Source: an uncultured delta proteobacterium (GTDB taxonomy: Bacteria; Desulfobacterota; Syntrophia; Syntrophales; UBA2192). From it: a stretch of DNA of 64,000 nt. A program made the position numbers and the translations under genes. The stretch's first letter is position 1. The number at the start of each line of letters is the position of its first letter. Location of the stretch: assembly GCA_963802225.1 (NCBI GenBank), contig CAWDHZ010000022.1:66915-130914 (forward strand), written 5' to 3'. Positions 1 to 10,320 of the stretch are shown here, piece after piece. The notes under the pieces were generated by a model. The model made no database searches and was not told the DNA's origin. It saw only the letters and a program-made list of their open reading frames with translations.

Positions 1-236
1 ATGACCTTTTTGTCTCCGGCAAGTGGAATAACAAGCGCTTAATCGGCGGGCCATTAAGCGGCCTGCGCTTCACAGTATCTCCGGATGGCAACCGCGTGGT
101 GTTCTCCTACAGCAGGGGGCCTGGATCTAGGGGACTTTCGATAATCAATCTTGATGGATCAGGTCGAAGTGAAATCCGCATACCCTGGCATCAGCTGAAA
201 ATACAAACAGTTCAATCAGACAACAAGAAACAATAG
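1..236 (+). CDS. 3' end of an upstream gene running off the window; PD40/TolB-like beta-propeller repeat fragment
   Basis: Frame 3 is open from the window edge to TAG 234-236. The translation ...[34 protein letters not shown]... carries the SPDG-x-x-V-x-F signature of PD40 repeats. Confidence 0.35.
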   Translation, partial: DLFVSGKWNNKRLIGGPLSGLRFTVSPDGNRVVFSYSRGPGSRGLSIINLDGSGRSEIRIPWHQLKIQTVQSDNKKQ

Positions 237-250
237 CATCGAGGTATCCA

Positions 251-3200
251 ATGGCAGGCTTGGAGGATTTGGTCCCGCAGTATGGGGAATATGGTGGCCC
301 TGGGTATTCTGGCAATGCTCGTGGCTGGGATCCGTTTTCTCGCGAATATGGTTCTCGGGAGTATGTGAAAGTACCTGAAGATGCCATCGATTGGTGCTTT
401 TTCTGGCACGATGTGCGTTACAGCATTGCAAAGTTAAGCAACGGCGTGAATGCGGACTATCTCGCGGCTGACATTCAACTGCTAAAGGATTTGGCCGATT
501 GCGACGTCAGCACGCTCTCCGACGATGCCAAAATATACAGAGCCGCCGCAATGGCAGCCTTTGCAGCCAAAATACCTTATGATCTGGCCACACTTCCGTT
601 CAATGTGTTCTGGGATGTAATTAAAAATAATACGGTTAACTTCCTGGCGCAACATTTCAGCGTAGAGATTCCTGGCATTCTGACCGTAATCCAAAGTCCG
701 GCCGAGAAATGGTACAAGGTCAGATATGAAATGAATGAGTATATCAGCGATCCTGTCGTAGCCGATTTCCTTTACGATCAGGCGAAAAGATTACCTCTTT
801 ATGGCACGATGCTTCCTGAGGAAGTTCGTATGAAAGATGTGATGCGCATGTACACTGTGCATCAGATAGAAACGGGCCGTTTCAATCCGTTGATGTCATT
901 GACGGCATATGAAAATGTATTCGATCCTGCTTGGTCTGGAGTGCAAACGATCGCATCTCAAATCGGTAGCGCTAAGAATTATTTAGTAAATAATTTTGCA
1001 CAGCAAAGAGGAATCGATGAAGTCATCGTCGGGTACGGTCTGCCAACATATCAATTCAAAGAAAAATATTTAGGCTATAACGATGATCTGAAGGGTACAG
1101 ATAACAGAGACCTTATATTCGGTGAGAAGGGCGATGATAAGATAACCGGCGGTAAGGGAGACGATGTCCTTTACGGCGGGGAAGGGAACGACGAGTACTT
1201 CTTCACAGCTGGTGACGGCACGGATCTGATCGTTGACGATCCGGAGACATCTCGCATTTTCAGAGTGGATGGAACGGAAAAGCAAATTATCGCGCACGTA
1301 TTCAAGAACGGATCCGCGTCTGTTTGGACAGACGATACGGGTAATGTGCAGGTCGTAGATGATTCCGTCTGGAAGGTGGTATTGTCCGGCGGAACCACAA
1401 TCGAACTGGGAACCGATTTCGAGAACGGCGATTTCGGGATCCGATTGATGGATATTCCGACTATTCCGGTTGTCACTGTTTTCAACTGGGAAGATACAAC
1501 ATCCGGCCCCGATGACAACATCATGCATGACAGTGCCGGAGACGACCTCATCGACGGCGGTGCCGGAGATGACAATATCTACGCCCATGAGGGCGGAAAT
1601 GACTGGCTCCTGGGCGGCGATGGCAGCGACATCCTGAACACTCAACGGACAGTGGGCACCAACGACGTCCAGGAGGGAGGCGCGGGTGCAGACCTGCTTT
1701 CGGGAGGTTCCGGAGACGATTTGCTCTTCGGAGAATTCTATGGAGAGATGGCCGATCTGATTGCGGCCGGGGAAATTGCGCCGAACGAGACAGGGAAAGG
1801 CGACCTTATATCGGGTAGCTTCGGGGATGACTACATCTACGGTTCCAACCGCGGCGATGCGCTCATGGGATTTGCCGGCAACGACCTGATCGTCGGCGGG
1901 GGCGGAGACGACGCCCTCTTCGGCGACGAAGATTATGGACTTACCACGCGCGACTGGGACTTTACCATCACGCAGGGTGTAGGCGTCAGCTTTATCAACG
2001 TGATATGGGATCCGGGTGTCTATCAGGGCGACGACGCGATCTATGCCGGCACGGGGAACGACTTCGTCTATGCGGGAGGCGGCGGAGACGAGGTGTACGG
2101 TGGAGAAGGCAATGACACGATCCTCGGAGAGGCGGGCGACGACTTCATCTCCGGCGATGCGGGCGACGACTTCCTGGAAGGCGATGCCACGTGGGTGGCG
2201 GTTGCCGAGCAGGGCAACGACTACATCGACGGCGGCGCCGGCAACGACCAGATCTGGGGGCAGGGCGGCTCGGATGACCTTTTCGGCGGCGACAACAACG
2301 ACACGATATCCGGTGGCGAAGGGGATGACTACCTCGACGGGGAATCGGGCAACGATAACCTGTACGGTGATGCCGGCAATGACACGATATTCGGCGGCGA
2401 GGGCCTGGACAGTCTGGAAGGCGGCGCGGGGGACGATTACCTCGACGGTGAGGCTGGAGACGATACGATAGCGGGTGTCGGGGGGGCTGACGTCCTGTTC
2501 GGAGGCGACGGTAATGACGCCCTGCACGGGGATTCCGGTGACACTGCATTGGCTGATCAGGGTGATGACTACCTGGATGGCGGAACGGGCAACGACACCC
2601 TCGTCGGCTACGGAGGAAACGACGAACTCTACGGCGGGGAGGGGAACGATACACTCTGGGGTGATGGCGTTGCCGGGGCCGGCGGCGATGACTACCTCGA
2701 CGGAGGTGCCGGGGACGACACCCTCACGGGCGGCGCCGGCAACGATCAACTCAGCGGTGGTGATGGGAACGACACGCTCTGGGGAGACGGCGTTGCCGGT
2801 GCTGTGGGCAACGACTACCTCGATGGGGGTGCGGGCAACGATACCCTTTATGGCGGCGACGGCGACAACCATCTCTACGGTGGAGATGGTGATGATCTGC
2901 TATGGGGAGAGGGCAGTGATAACATCGTAGACGGCGGAGAAGGCAACGACACCCTCTATGGCGGTTATGGGGCCGGTACCCTATTCGGCGGCGACGGCAA
3001 TGACCAGCTCTACGGTGAAGCCGGTGATGACTACCTCGATGGCGGTTCAGGGAACGATTACCTCCAGGGCGGTGTGGGAAGCGACACCTACGTCTGGGGC
3101 AAAGGGTACGGAAATGACACGATCAACAACTACGGGGATTGGACGGAGTATGGCTACCTGAACGGCACGGATACGCTGGTATTCGGGGAAGGCCTCACGG

Positions 3201-4525
3201 TTGCTTCCTTCGAGTTTGCGGCAGGAGGCTCCTATAACTCCGACCTCGTAATCCGGATCAGGGAGACGGGCGAGACGCTGTCGCTGGCTGGTTGGCTCAA
3301 CGTGCCAGCGGACCGGATCAACCGATTCCGCTTTGCCGACGGCACGGAGTTGACGGCGGCCGACATCGATGCGCAGGGGCTCACGCTCAGAGGTACGGAA
3401 GGCAATGACATCATGCAGGCCCAGTACGGCCTGAATATGAATCTCTACGGCCTCGGAGGCAACGACACCCTCCGCGGGGCCAACCTGAACGACCGGCTCT
3501 ACGGCGGGGACGGAAACGACACGCTGTTCGGCTGGAACGGCGACGACATCCTGTCCGGGGATGCCGGCGACGATTCGCTTTGGGGCGGCAGGGGGAACGA
3601 CACGTACCTGTTTGGCAAGGGGTCGGGCAATGACGTCATCATACACGACGAACCAGTCACGGATGATTTCTATAACGACAAGATTCTTCTCGGGGCGGGG
3701 CTGACGCAGGACGCCGTGGAGATAACTGCCGGGGGGCCCTACAACAGGGACCTCGTTATGAAAATCAAGGAGACGGGGGAGACGCTCACCGTCAGCGAAT
3801 GGGCCGAAGGCTATTGGAGCCAGGCGAAGCAAATCGTCTTTGCCGACGGAACGGTGCTGACGCCGGCCGACATCGCCCAGAGAGGCATCGTGATCAACGG
3901 TACGGAAGGGAGTGACAATCTTGGCGGATGGTTCGATCATAAAATGAAAATCTATGGCTTGGGCGGGGACGATAACCTGGGCGGTTCCAACAAGGACAGC
4001 ATCCTTGACGGCGGTGCGGGCAATGACCATATCTACGGCGGTTCCGGCAATGACACGCTTCTTGGCGGGGAGGGCGATGACTACATAGCCGACGGCGGCG
4101 GCAACAACATCATCAGCGGTGGACCTGGAAACGATGATCTCAGCGGGAGTGAGGGGAGCGACATTTTCCGGTACGCCCTTGGGGATGGCAGCGATGTTGT
4201 CTGGAGGAATGACTCCGACATCCTGGAGTTCGGGCCGGGCATCACGGCCGATTCCTTCGAGCTGCTGGGAGAAGGGGCAAACGAAAACAGAGTCCTCGTA
4301 TTCCGCTTTACAGGGACCGGTGAGACAATCCGACTGACGTACCCCTATGATCCAGTACGGCTTCGACAGGACGATCAACATGCAGCACATCCGTTTTGCC
4401 GACGGATCCGAGATGACGTCTTCCGATTACGCGAACCGGTGGGTGATATCAACAGCGTCGGACGATTCGGAAAAGATCAGCGGTTTCTACAATGTGAAAA
4501 ACGAGATGTACGCGCTGGGGGGTGA
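251..4525 (+). CDS. Giant RTX-type (hemolysin-type Ca2+-binding repeat) secreted protein, N-terminal part. The authentic frame is lost near nt 4340-4350, so the ORF tail is out-of-frame read-through.
   Basis: ATG at 251. Dozens of GGxGxD / GNDxL nonapeptide repeats from about aa 290 onward. Three roughly 190-aa modules (...ETGETL...FADGT.LT.ADI...) lie at about 3190-4340. The last ~60 aa ([18 protein letters not shown]...) lose all repeat character, while ORF 4347-4751 continues the module in another frame. Confidence 0.85.
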   Translation: MAGLEDLVPQYGEYGGPGYSGNARGWDPFSREYGSREYVKVPEDAIDWCFFWHDVRYSIAKLSNGVNADYLAADIQLLKDLADCDVSTLSDDAKIYRAAAMAAFAAKIPYDLATLPFNVFWDVIKNNTVNFLAQHFSVEIPGILTVIQSPAEKWYKVRYEMNEYISDPVVADFLYDQAKRLPLYGTMLPEEVRMKDVMRMYTVHQIETGRFNPLMSLTAYENVFDPAWSGVQTIASQIGSAKNYLVNNFAQQRGIDEVIVGYGLPTYQFKEKYLGYNDDLKGTDNRDLIFGEKGDDKITGGKGDDVLYGGEGNDEYFFTAGDGTDLIVDDPETSRIFRVDGTEKQIIAHVFKNGSASVWTDDTGNVQVVDDSVWKVVLSGGTTIELGTDFENGDFGIRLMDIPTIPVVTVFNWEDTTSGPDDNIMHDSAGDDLIDGGAGDDNIYAHEGGNDWLLGGDGSDILNTQRTVGTNDVQEGGAGADLLSGGSGDDLLFGEFYGEMADLIAAGEIAPNETGKGDLISGSFGDDYIYGSNRGDALMGFAGNDLIVGGGGDDALFGDEDYGLTTRDWDFTITQGVGVSFINVIWDPGVYQGDDAIYAGTGNDFVYAGGGGDEVYGGEGNDTILGEAGDDFISGDAGDDFLEGDATWVAVAEQGNDYIDGGAGNDQIWGQGGSDDLFGGDNNDTISGGEGDDYLDGESGNDNLYGDAGNDTIFGGEGLDSLEGGAGDDYLDGEAGDDTIAGVGGADVLFGGDGNDALHGDSGDTALADQGDDYLDGGTGNDTLVGYGGNDELYGGEGNDTLWGDGVAGAGGDDYLDGGAGDDTLTGGAGNDQLSGGDGNDTLWGDGVAGAVGNDYLDGGAGNDTLYGGDGDNHLYGGDGDDLLWGEGSDNIVDGGEGNDTLYGGYGAGTLFGGDGNDQLYGEAGDDYLDGGSGNDYLQGGVGSDTYVWGKGYGNDTINNYGDWTEYGYLNGTDTLVFGEGLTVASFEFAAGGSYNSDLVIRIRETGETLSLAGWLNVPADRINRFRFADGTELTAADIDAQGLTLRGTEGNDIMQAQYGLNMNLYGLGGNDTLRGANLNDRLYGGDGNDTLFGWNGDDILSGDAGDDSLWGGRGNDTYLFGKGSGNDVIIHDEPVTDDFYNDKILLGAGLTQDAVEITAGGPYNRDLVMKIKETGETLTVSEWAEGYWSQAKQIVFADGTVLTPADIAQRGIVINGTEGSDNLGGWFDHKMKIYGLGGDDNLGGSNKDSILDGGAGNDHIYGGSGNDTLLGGEGDDYIADGGGNNIISGGPGNDDLSGSEGSDIFRYALGDGSDVVWRNDSDILEFGPGITADSFELLGEGANENRVLVFRFTGTGETIRLTYPYDPVRLRQDDQHAAHPFCRRIRDDVFRLREPVGDINSVGRFGKDQRFLQCEKRDVRAGG

Positions 4526-5069
4526 CGATTATCTCTACGGCAAGGGCCTCAGCGATATTATCGACGGCGGCGCAGGAAACGACTACGTCGTCGGCGGCGC
4601 CGGAAGCGACACTCTGTACGGCGGTGAGGGAAATGACAGCCTCTATGGCGGCGAAGGCGACGACATCCTGTCCGGCGGCGCCGGGAACGATTATCTCGAC
4701 GGTTGGTCGGGAATCGACACCTACTTGTTCTGCCAGGGGCGACGGGGCTGACTCCATCTCGTCGAGCAGCGAGGATATCCTCGAGTTCGGTGTCGGGATC
4801 ACGCCGGCCTCCCTGCAGTTTACCGCCAACGGCTCGGGCCTGATCGTACGAATCATCGATACGGGTGACCAGGTCTACATGGCCACCACGGTCGGCACCG
4901 TGCGATTTGCCGACGGTACCGTGTGGACGACCGATGACATCAATCGCCTGTCTCTACGCCGTCAACGGAACGGAGGGGGCAGACACGCTGAACGGGCACC
5001 GCGGGACGCACGAACTTTATTTACGGCCTGGGTGGCAACGACACGCTGAACGGCAAGGAACTGGATGAC
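4340..5069 (+). pseudogene. Frame-broken bridge of the same RTX gene, with four +1 frame changes (about 4345, 4731, 4950, 5017)
   Basis: RTX module sequence can be followed through ORFs 4347-4751, 4522-5049, 4865-5068 and into 5070-9323. For example, DTYLF|[20 protein letters not shown] and THEL|[22 protein letters not shown]. Confidence 0.6.
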
Positions 5070-8000
5070 ATGCTCGACGGCGGGGCCGGGAGCGACAAGC
5101 TTTACGGCATGGCCGGAAACGACACGCTGTACGGGGGCGAAGGGAGCGACACCCTCTCGGGGTCGACGGGCAATGACATCCTCGTCGGCGGGACCGGGGC
5201 GGACACCCTCGACGGCGGGACGGGGGCCGACACGTACCGGTTCGCCAGGGGCGACGGGGCCGACACGGTCAGCACGACCAGTGCGACGAGCGAGGACACC
5301 CTCGAGTTCGGCACGGGCATCGCGCCTGCCGACGTGGTGTTCACCAAGGGCAGCGGTTCGGCCATGGTGCTGAAGATCAACGGTACGAACGACCAGATCA
5401 CCTTCAGCCAGTGGTTCACAAGCGACACCTACAAGATCGGGACCATGCGATTTGCCGGTGGCCCCGTGTGGGCGCTAGCCGACATCAAGGCGAGGCCCAT
5501 CGTCGTCAACGGCACGGAGGCAGTGGACACGCTCACGGGGGCTGCGGGATACCGCAATGCGATTTACGGCCTGGGCGGCAACGATACGCTTACCGGCCAG
5601 GAACTGGACGACACTCTCGACGGCGGAACCGGCAGCGATACCCTCAGCGGCGGGGCAGGCAACGACACCCTCTACGGAGGCGACGGAAACGATACCCTCT
5701 CCGGCTCTACGGGCAATGACATCCTCGTCGGAGGGGCCGGGACGGACACACTCGACGGCGGTGCGGGTGCCGACACAATCCGGTTTGCCAGGGGCGACGG
5801 CGCCGACACGATCAGCACGGCCAGCGCGACCAGCGAGGACACTCTCGAGTTTGGCGCGGACATCACGCCTGCCTCGGTGCTGTTCACCAAGGGCAGCGAC
5901 ACGGCCATGGTCCTGAAGATCAGCGGCACGGCGGACCAGATCACCTTCGGCCAGTGGGCGACGAGCGACACCAACAAGATCGGATCCATGAAGTTTGCCG
6001 ACGGCACGGTATGGACGCTTGCCGACATCAAGGCGAGGCCCGTCGTGGTCAACGGCACGGAGGCGGTCGATACGCTCACGGGGCTTGCAGGGAGCCGCAA
6101 CACGATTTACGGGCTGGGCGGCAACGACACGCTCACCGGCCAGGCACTGGAAGACACAATCGACGGCGGGGCCGGCAACGACATCCTCAACGGCGTGGCC
6201 GGCAACGACACCCTGATCGGAGGGGCGGGGGACGATACCCTCAGCGGCGGCGACGGCAATGACATTCTCGCCGGAGGGGCCGGGACGGACACCCTCGACG
6301 GAGGCGCCGGGGCTGACACGTACCAATTCGCACTGGGCGACGGGGCCGACACGATCACCGCGGCGAGCGAGGACATCCTCGAGTTCGGCGCGGGCATCAC
6401 GACCGAGATGGTCGAGTTCACCAAGGTTGGCACGGCCATGGTCCTGCGAATCAAGAACACGACGGACCAGGTCACTTTCGGCCAGTGGTCTTCGGGCGAC
6501 GCCTACAAGCCGGGCTCCATGAAGTTTGCCGACGGCACCGTGTGGGCACTTGCCGACATCAAGGCGAAACCCGTGGTGATCACCGGCACCGAGACAGCCA
6601 ATTCTCTCTCCGGGCTTGCGGGCAGCGTGAACATGATCAGCGGCCTGGGCGGAAACGACACGCTCAACGGCCAGTCACTGGGCGACACCCTGGACGGCGG
6701 TGTGGGCAACGACACCCTCAGCGGCCTGGGCGGAAACGACACCCTGATCGGAGGCGCGGGCAACGACACCCTCAACGGCGGCGACGGCAATGACATCCTC
6801 GCCGGCGGTGCCGGGACGGACACCCTCGAGGGCGGCGCAGGGGCCGACACGTACCGGTTCGCCCGAAACGACGGGGCCGACACCATCTCTGCCAGAAGCG
6901 AGGACATTCTCGAGTTCGGCGCGGGTATTGCGCCTGGCGACGTGGTGTTCGCCAAGGGCAGCGGGACGAACCTGGTCATGAAGATCAGCGGCACGACGGA
7001 CCAGATCACCTTCAACCAGTGGGCGACAAGCGACACCTACAAGGTGAACCGCGTAACCTTTGCCGACGGCACGGTGTGGTCGCTTGCCGACATCAAGGCA
7101 AGGCCAATCGTGGTCAGCGGCACCGAGGGGATAGACACGCTCACGGGCATGGCGGGCGGCAGCAATACCATCTACGGTCTGGGCGGCAACGACACGCTGA
7201 ACGGCAAGGAATTGGGCGACACCCTCGACGGCGGCGCCGGGAACGACATCCTCTACGGCGTGGCCGGAAACGACACCCTTTTCGGCGGTGCGGGGGACGA
7301 CACGCTCAGCGGCGGTGACGGCAACGACATCCTCGTCGGCGGTGTGGGGACGGACATCCTCGACGGAGGTGCAGGGGCCGACACGTACCAGTTCGCCCAA
7401 AACGACGGGGCCGACACGATCACCGCGGCAAGCGATGACACCCTCGTGTTCGGCGCGAACATCACGCCTGCCTCGGTGGAGTTCACCAAGGCAAGCGACA
7501 CGGCCATGACCCTGCGGATCGGGACCACAAGCGACAAGATCACCTTCAATAAGTGGTCCTCGGGCGATGCTTACAAGATCGGGCGCGTGACCTTTGCCGA
7601 CGGCACGGTGTGGACGCTTGCCGACATCAAGGGCAAGCCCGTCACGGTCAGCGGCACGGAGGCGGCGGACACGCTCGCGGGGCTTGTCGCCAGCATGAAC
7701 GTGATTTCCGGCCTCGGCGGCAACGACACGCTCAACGGCCAGGAACTGGACGACACCCTGATCGGCGGGGCGGGCAACGACACCCTCAACGGCGGCGCCG
7801 GCAATGACACCCTCGTCGGCGGGGCCGGAAGCGACACCCTGTATGGCGGTGCGGGAGTCGACACGTACCGGTTCGCCAGGGGCGACGGCGCCGACACGAT
7901 CAGCACGGCCGGCACGACCGGCGAGGACATCCTCGCATTCGGACCGGGAATCGCTCCGGATGACCTGGTGTTCACCAAGGGCAGCGACACGGCCATGACT

Positions 8001-9323
8001 CTGAGGATCGGGACCGCGACCGACCAGATCACCTTCGGCCAGTGGGCCACGAGCGATTCTTACAAGGTCAGCCGCATGACGTTTGAGGGCAGCCCGGAGT
8101 GGGCGCTTGCCGACATCAAGAACCGGTTCATCACCATCAACGGCACGGAGGCGATCGACACGCTCACGGGGCTTGCGGGAAGCCGCAACGCGATAGCCGC
8201 CCTCGGCGGCAACGACACCCTCAACGGCCAGGAACTGGACGACGCCCTCGACGGAGGCGCAGGCAACGATATCCTCTATGGCCTCGGCGGCAATGACACC
8301 CTGACCGGCAGCGACGGGATCGACAAGCTCTACGGCGGCGACGGCAATGACATCCTCGTCGGCGGGGCCGGGAACGACACCCTCGACGGCGGGGCGGGGG
8401 TCGATACCTACCGGTACGGCAGGGGCGACGGTTCGGACACGATCTCCGCGAGAAACGATGACACCATCGAGTTTGCCTTGGGCATCACGCCAACCGACCT
8501 GGAATTCACCAAGGGTCTCACCACGGCCATGACCCTGCGGCTCAAGGGGACAACCGAGCAGCTCACCTTCAGCTCGTGGTTCACGAGCGACACCTACAAG
8601 ATCGGCTCCATGAAGTTTGCCGACGGCACGGTGTGGTCGCTGGCCGAGATCAAGAACCGGCCTGTCACGCTCATGGGGACGGAAGGCAAGGACATGCTGA
8701 CGGGCTTTGCAGGCAGTGCGAACACCATGTACGGCCTGGGCATGATGGATTCCCTCACCGGCAAGGAGCTGGACGACACCATCGACGGCGGCTCCGGCGA
8801 CGACACCATCAAGGGATGGCGAGGAAACGACACGCTGATCGGCGGGACGGGCAGCGACAAGCTCTACGGCGAGTCGGGAAGCGACCTGTACCTCTTCGGC
8901 AGGGGCCACGGCAGGGACACCCTGCAGGACCTCAACGAGACGCCCGGCTCGACGGACACGGTGAAGCTCGACGGGTTGACGAGAAACGAGATCGTCTTCA
9001 GCCGCAACAAAGACGACCTCCTGGTCCTGACGAGCGCAAACGATTCGATCCTGAGCAAGTACAATCTCCTCGCTTCGTACCAGTACAGCTCGAGCCAGAC
9101 GGGCACCTTCACCGACACAAGCCCCGGGATCGAGCGCGTGGAGACCTCCGACGGCTACTTCATCACAAGGGCGGACATCATCAACATCGTCAACGCCATG
9201 GTGGCCTACAACATCTCCGACTCGATGACCACGAGCGCGCAGTACACGAATTTCATGGGCAACGCGAACTACCAGGCCATGCTGGCCCAAGGCTGGCAGC
9301 AGATCACGAACCCCCAGAGCTGA
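5070..9323 (+). CDS. Giant RTX protein, C-terminal part: seven near-identical modules of about 163-181 aa plus a non-repeat C-terminal tail. The ATG at 5070 is probably internal, not a true start.
   Basis: The module anchor gccgacatcaag (ADIK) recurs at 5478, 6021, 6552, 7085, 7620, 8109 and 8643. GGxGxD repeats run throughout. The C-terminal ~150 aa are non-repetitive, as in T1SS substrates. The upstream sequence continues the same repeats in other frames. Confidence 0.85.
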   Translation: MLDGGAGSDKLYGMAGNDTLYGGEGSDTLSGSTGNDILVGGTGADTLDGGTGADTYRFARGDGADTVSTTSATSEDTLEFGTGIAPADVVFTKGSGSAMVLKINGTNDQITFSQWFTSDTYKIGTMRFAGGPVWALADIKARPIVVNGTEAVDTLTGAAGYRNAIYGLGGNDTLTGQELDDTLDGGTGSDTLSGGAGNDTLYGGDGNDTLSGSTGNDILVGGAGTDTLDGGAGADTIRFARGDGADTISTASATSEDTLEFGADITPASVLFTKGSDTAMVLKISGTADQITFGQWATSDTNKIGSMKFADGTVWTLADIKARPVVVNGTEAVDTLTGLAGSRNTIYGLGGNDTLTGQALEDTIDGGAGNDILNGVAGNDTLIGGAGDDTLSGGDGNDILAGGAGTDTLDGGAGADTYQFALGDGADTITAASEDILEFGAGITTEMVEFTKVGTAMVLRIKNTTDQVTFGQWSSGDAYKPGSMKFADGTVWALADIKAKPVVITGTETANSLSGLAGSVNMISGLGGNDTLNGQSLGDTLDGGVGNDTLSGLGGNDTLIGGAGNDTLNGGDGNDILAGGAGTDTLEGGAGADTYRFARNDGADTISARSEDILEFGAGIAPGDVVFAKGSGTNLVMKISGTTDQITFNQWATSDTYKVNRVTFADGTVWSLADIKARPIVVSGTEGIDTLTGMAGGSNTIYGLGGNDTLNGKELGDTLDGGAGNDILYGVAGNDTLFGGAGDDTLSGGDGNDILVGGVGTDILDGGAGADTYQFAQNDGADTITAASDDTLVFGANITPASVEFTKASDTAMTLRIGTTSDKITFNKWSSGDAYKIGRVTFADGTVWTLADIKGKPVTVSGTEAADTLAGLVASMNVISGLGGNDTLNGQELDDTLIGGAGNDTLNGGAGNDTLVGGAGSDTLYGGAGVDTYRFARGDGADTISTAGTTGEDILAFGPGIAPDDLVFTKGSDTAMTLRIGTATDQITFGQWATSDSYKVSRMTFEGSPEWALADIKNRFITINGTEAIDTLTGLAGSRNAIAALGGNDTLNGQELDDALDGGAGNDILYGLGGNDTLTGSDGIDKLYGGDGNDILVGGAGNDTLDGGAGVDTYRYGRGDGSDTISARNDDTIEFALGITPTDLEFTKGLTTAMTLRLKGTTEQLTFSSWFTSDTYKIGSMKFADGTVWSLAEIKNRPVTLMGTEGKDMLTGFAGSANTMYGLGMMDSLTGKELDDTIDGGSGDDTIKGWRGNDTLIGGTGSDKLYGESGSDLYLFGRGHGRDTLQDLNETPGSTDTVKLDGLTRNEIVFSRNKDDLLVLTSANDSILSKYNLLASYQYSSSQTGTFTDTSPGIERVETSDGYFITRADIINIVNAMVAYNISDSMTTSAQYTNFMGNANYQAMLAQGWQQITNPQS

Positions 9324-9370
9324 CGACGGGAGAAAGCCCGGCCATCGGGATGGGGTGAGTGAAACGAAGA

Positions 9371-9405
9371 AGCGCCCGGCGGGATTCTGCCGGGCGCTTT
9401 GTTTT
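9371..9405 (+). terminator. Rho-independent terminator between the convergent RTX and ferredoxin genes
   Basis: A 10-bp GC-rich stem agcgcccggc / gccgggcgct with an 8-nt loop, followed by ttgtttt. Confidence 0.6.
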
Positions 9406-9423
9406 GCGGGAGGCTGTTGGATT

Positions 9424-10161
9424 CTACCGGTCAATTGTCCCGCGGCGCGTGATAATGACCTCTTCAACGGGGATATCTTTTCCCGCCCGGTGCGCGGCCT
9501 CGGTCACGATGGGAAACAGGAAGGAGCAGCAGGGGACCTCCATGCGCAGGACCTTGACGCTCTTGATGTTGTTTGCCCGGAAGATGTCCGTGAAGCGCTG
9601 GAGATACTCCGCCTTGTCGTCGAACTTGGGGCAGCCCAGCAGCAATACGCGCCCGTCGAGAAAGTCGCGGTGGAAATCGGCATAGGCCGCGGGCACGCAG
9701 TCGGCCGCCACCAGCAGATCGCCGTCCTTCAGGAAGGGCGCCGTGGGCGGGATCAGCCGGATCTGGACGGGCCAGTGGGAGAGGGCCGACCCGGAGGCCT
9801 CCGCAGCTCCCTTCGGTGATGCCGCCGGTTTCTTCGCGGCGGGGGCGAAGCTTTGCAGGGTCATGGAGGGGCAGCCACCCTGCGCAGGGGCGAAGGGGGA
9901 GGGTGCCGGTGCCTTCGTTTTCTTCAGGTGCTCGTGTACGGCCTTCTCGTCGAATTCGTCGGCCTCGCGCTCGACGATCTTCAGGGCCCCCGTGGGGCAC
10001 TCGCCCAGGCAGGCACCCAAACCGTCGCAGAACATGTCCTTCACGAGCCTGGCTTTGCCGTCGACAATTTGAATGGCCCCTTCCGCGCAGGCCGGGACAC
10101 ATTCGCCGCAGCCGTTGCAGAGCTCTTCGTTTATTTCGATGATCTGTCGTTTTGCTTTCAT
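9424..10161 (-). CDS. 4Fe-4S dicluster domain protein (Hcp-associated ferredoxin-like protein)
   Basis: ATG at 10161 (MKAKRQIIEINEELCNGCGECVPACAEGAI...). The upstream part of ORF 9424-10200 lies inside a palindromic repeat. Two CxxCxxCxxxCP-type motifs are present, and the gene sits directly downstream of hcp. Confidence 0.8.
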   Translation of the reverse strand: MKAKRQIIEINEELCNGCGECVPACAEGAIQIVDGKARLVKDMFCDGLGACLGECPTGALKIVEREADEFDEKAVHEHLKKTKAPAPSPFAPAQGGCPSMTLQSFAPAAKKPAASPKGAAEASGSALSHWPVQIRLIPPTAPFLKDGDLLVAADCVPAAYADFHRDFLDGRVLLLGCPKFDDKAEYLQRFTDIFRANNIKSVKVLRMEVPCCSFLFPIVTEAAHRAGKDIPVEEVIITRRGTIDR

Positions 10162-10173
10162 GATGGTTCTCTC

Positions 10174-10220
10174 AAATCCCCCTCTTTCCCCCTTTTTCAA
10201 AGGGGGAGGAAAGAGGGAAT
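10174..10220. repeat. Palindromic intergenic element (AAATCCCCCTCT..CCCCCTTT...AAAGGGGGA..AGAGGG family), copy 1
   Basis: aaatccccctctttccccctttttcaaagggggaggaaagagggaat. Related copies lie at 12194, 22581, 43962 and 57703. Confidence 0.85.
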
Positions 10221-10320
10221 GAAAAGGCTGGCTGCTGTTTTATGTAGGGAACCTCCCCGCCGGGGGGGCAGGGGTGGCGGGAAGGTTCCCGGTAAGTGCC
10301 CCTTAGAGGCACGGAGAGAG

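Noticed and set aside
1070-2872. 600-aa minus-strand ORF, with many similar ones (e.g. 3047-4390, 6675-9467, 5475-6326), opposite the RTX gene
   Set aside because: These are shadow ORFs created by the GC-rich, stop-poor GGxGxD repeat DNA. Their translations are low-complexity (V/A/G/R-rich) with no recognisable motifs, and they fully overlap a strongly supported gene.
4340-5020. Programmed +1 ribosomal frameshifting or transcriptional slippage to explain the RTX frame changes
   Set aside because: No slippery heptamers, homopolymer tracts or stimulatory structures occur at the shift sites. Four programmed events in 700 nt would be unprecedented, and identical insertion-like lesions occur in unrelated genes.
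5070-5072. ATG 5070 as the start of an independent second RTX gene
   Set aside because: There is no SD or spacer. The sequence immediately upstream encodes the same repeat module in other frames, so the Met is internal (…[12 protein letters not shown]…).
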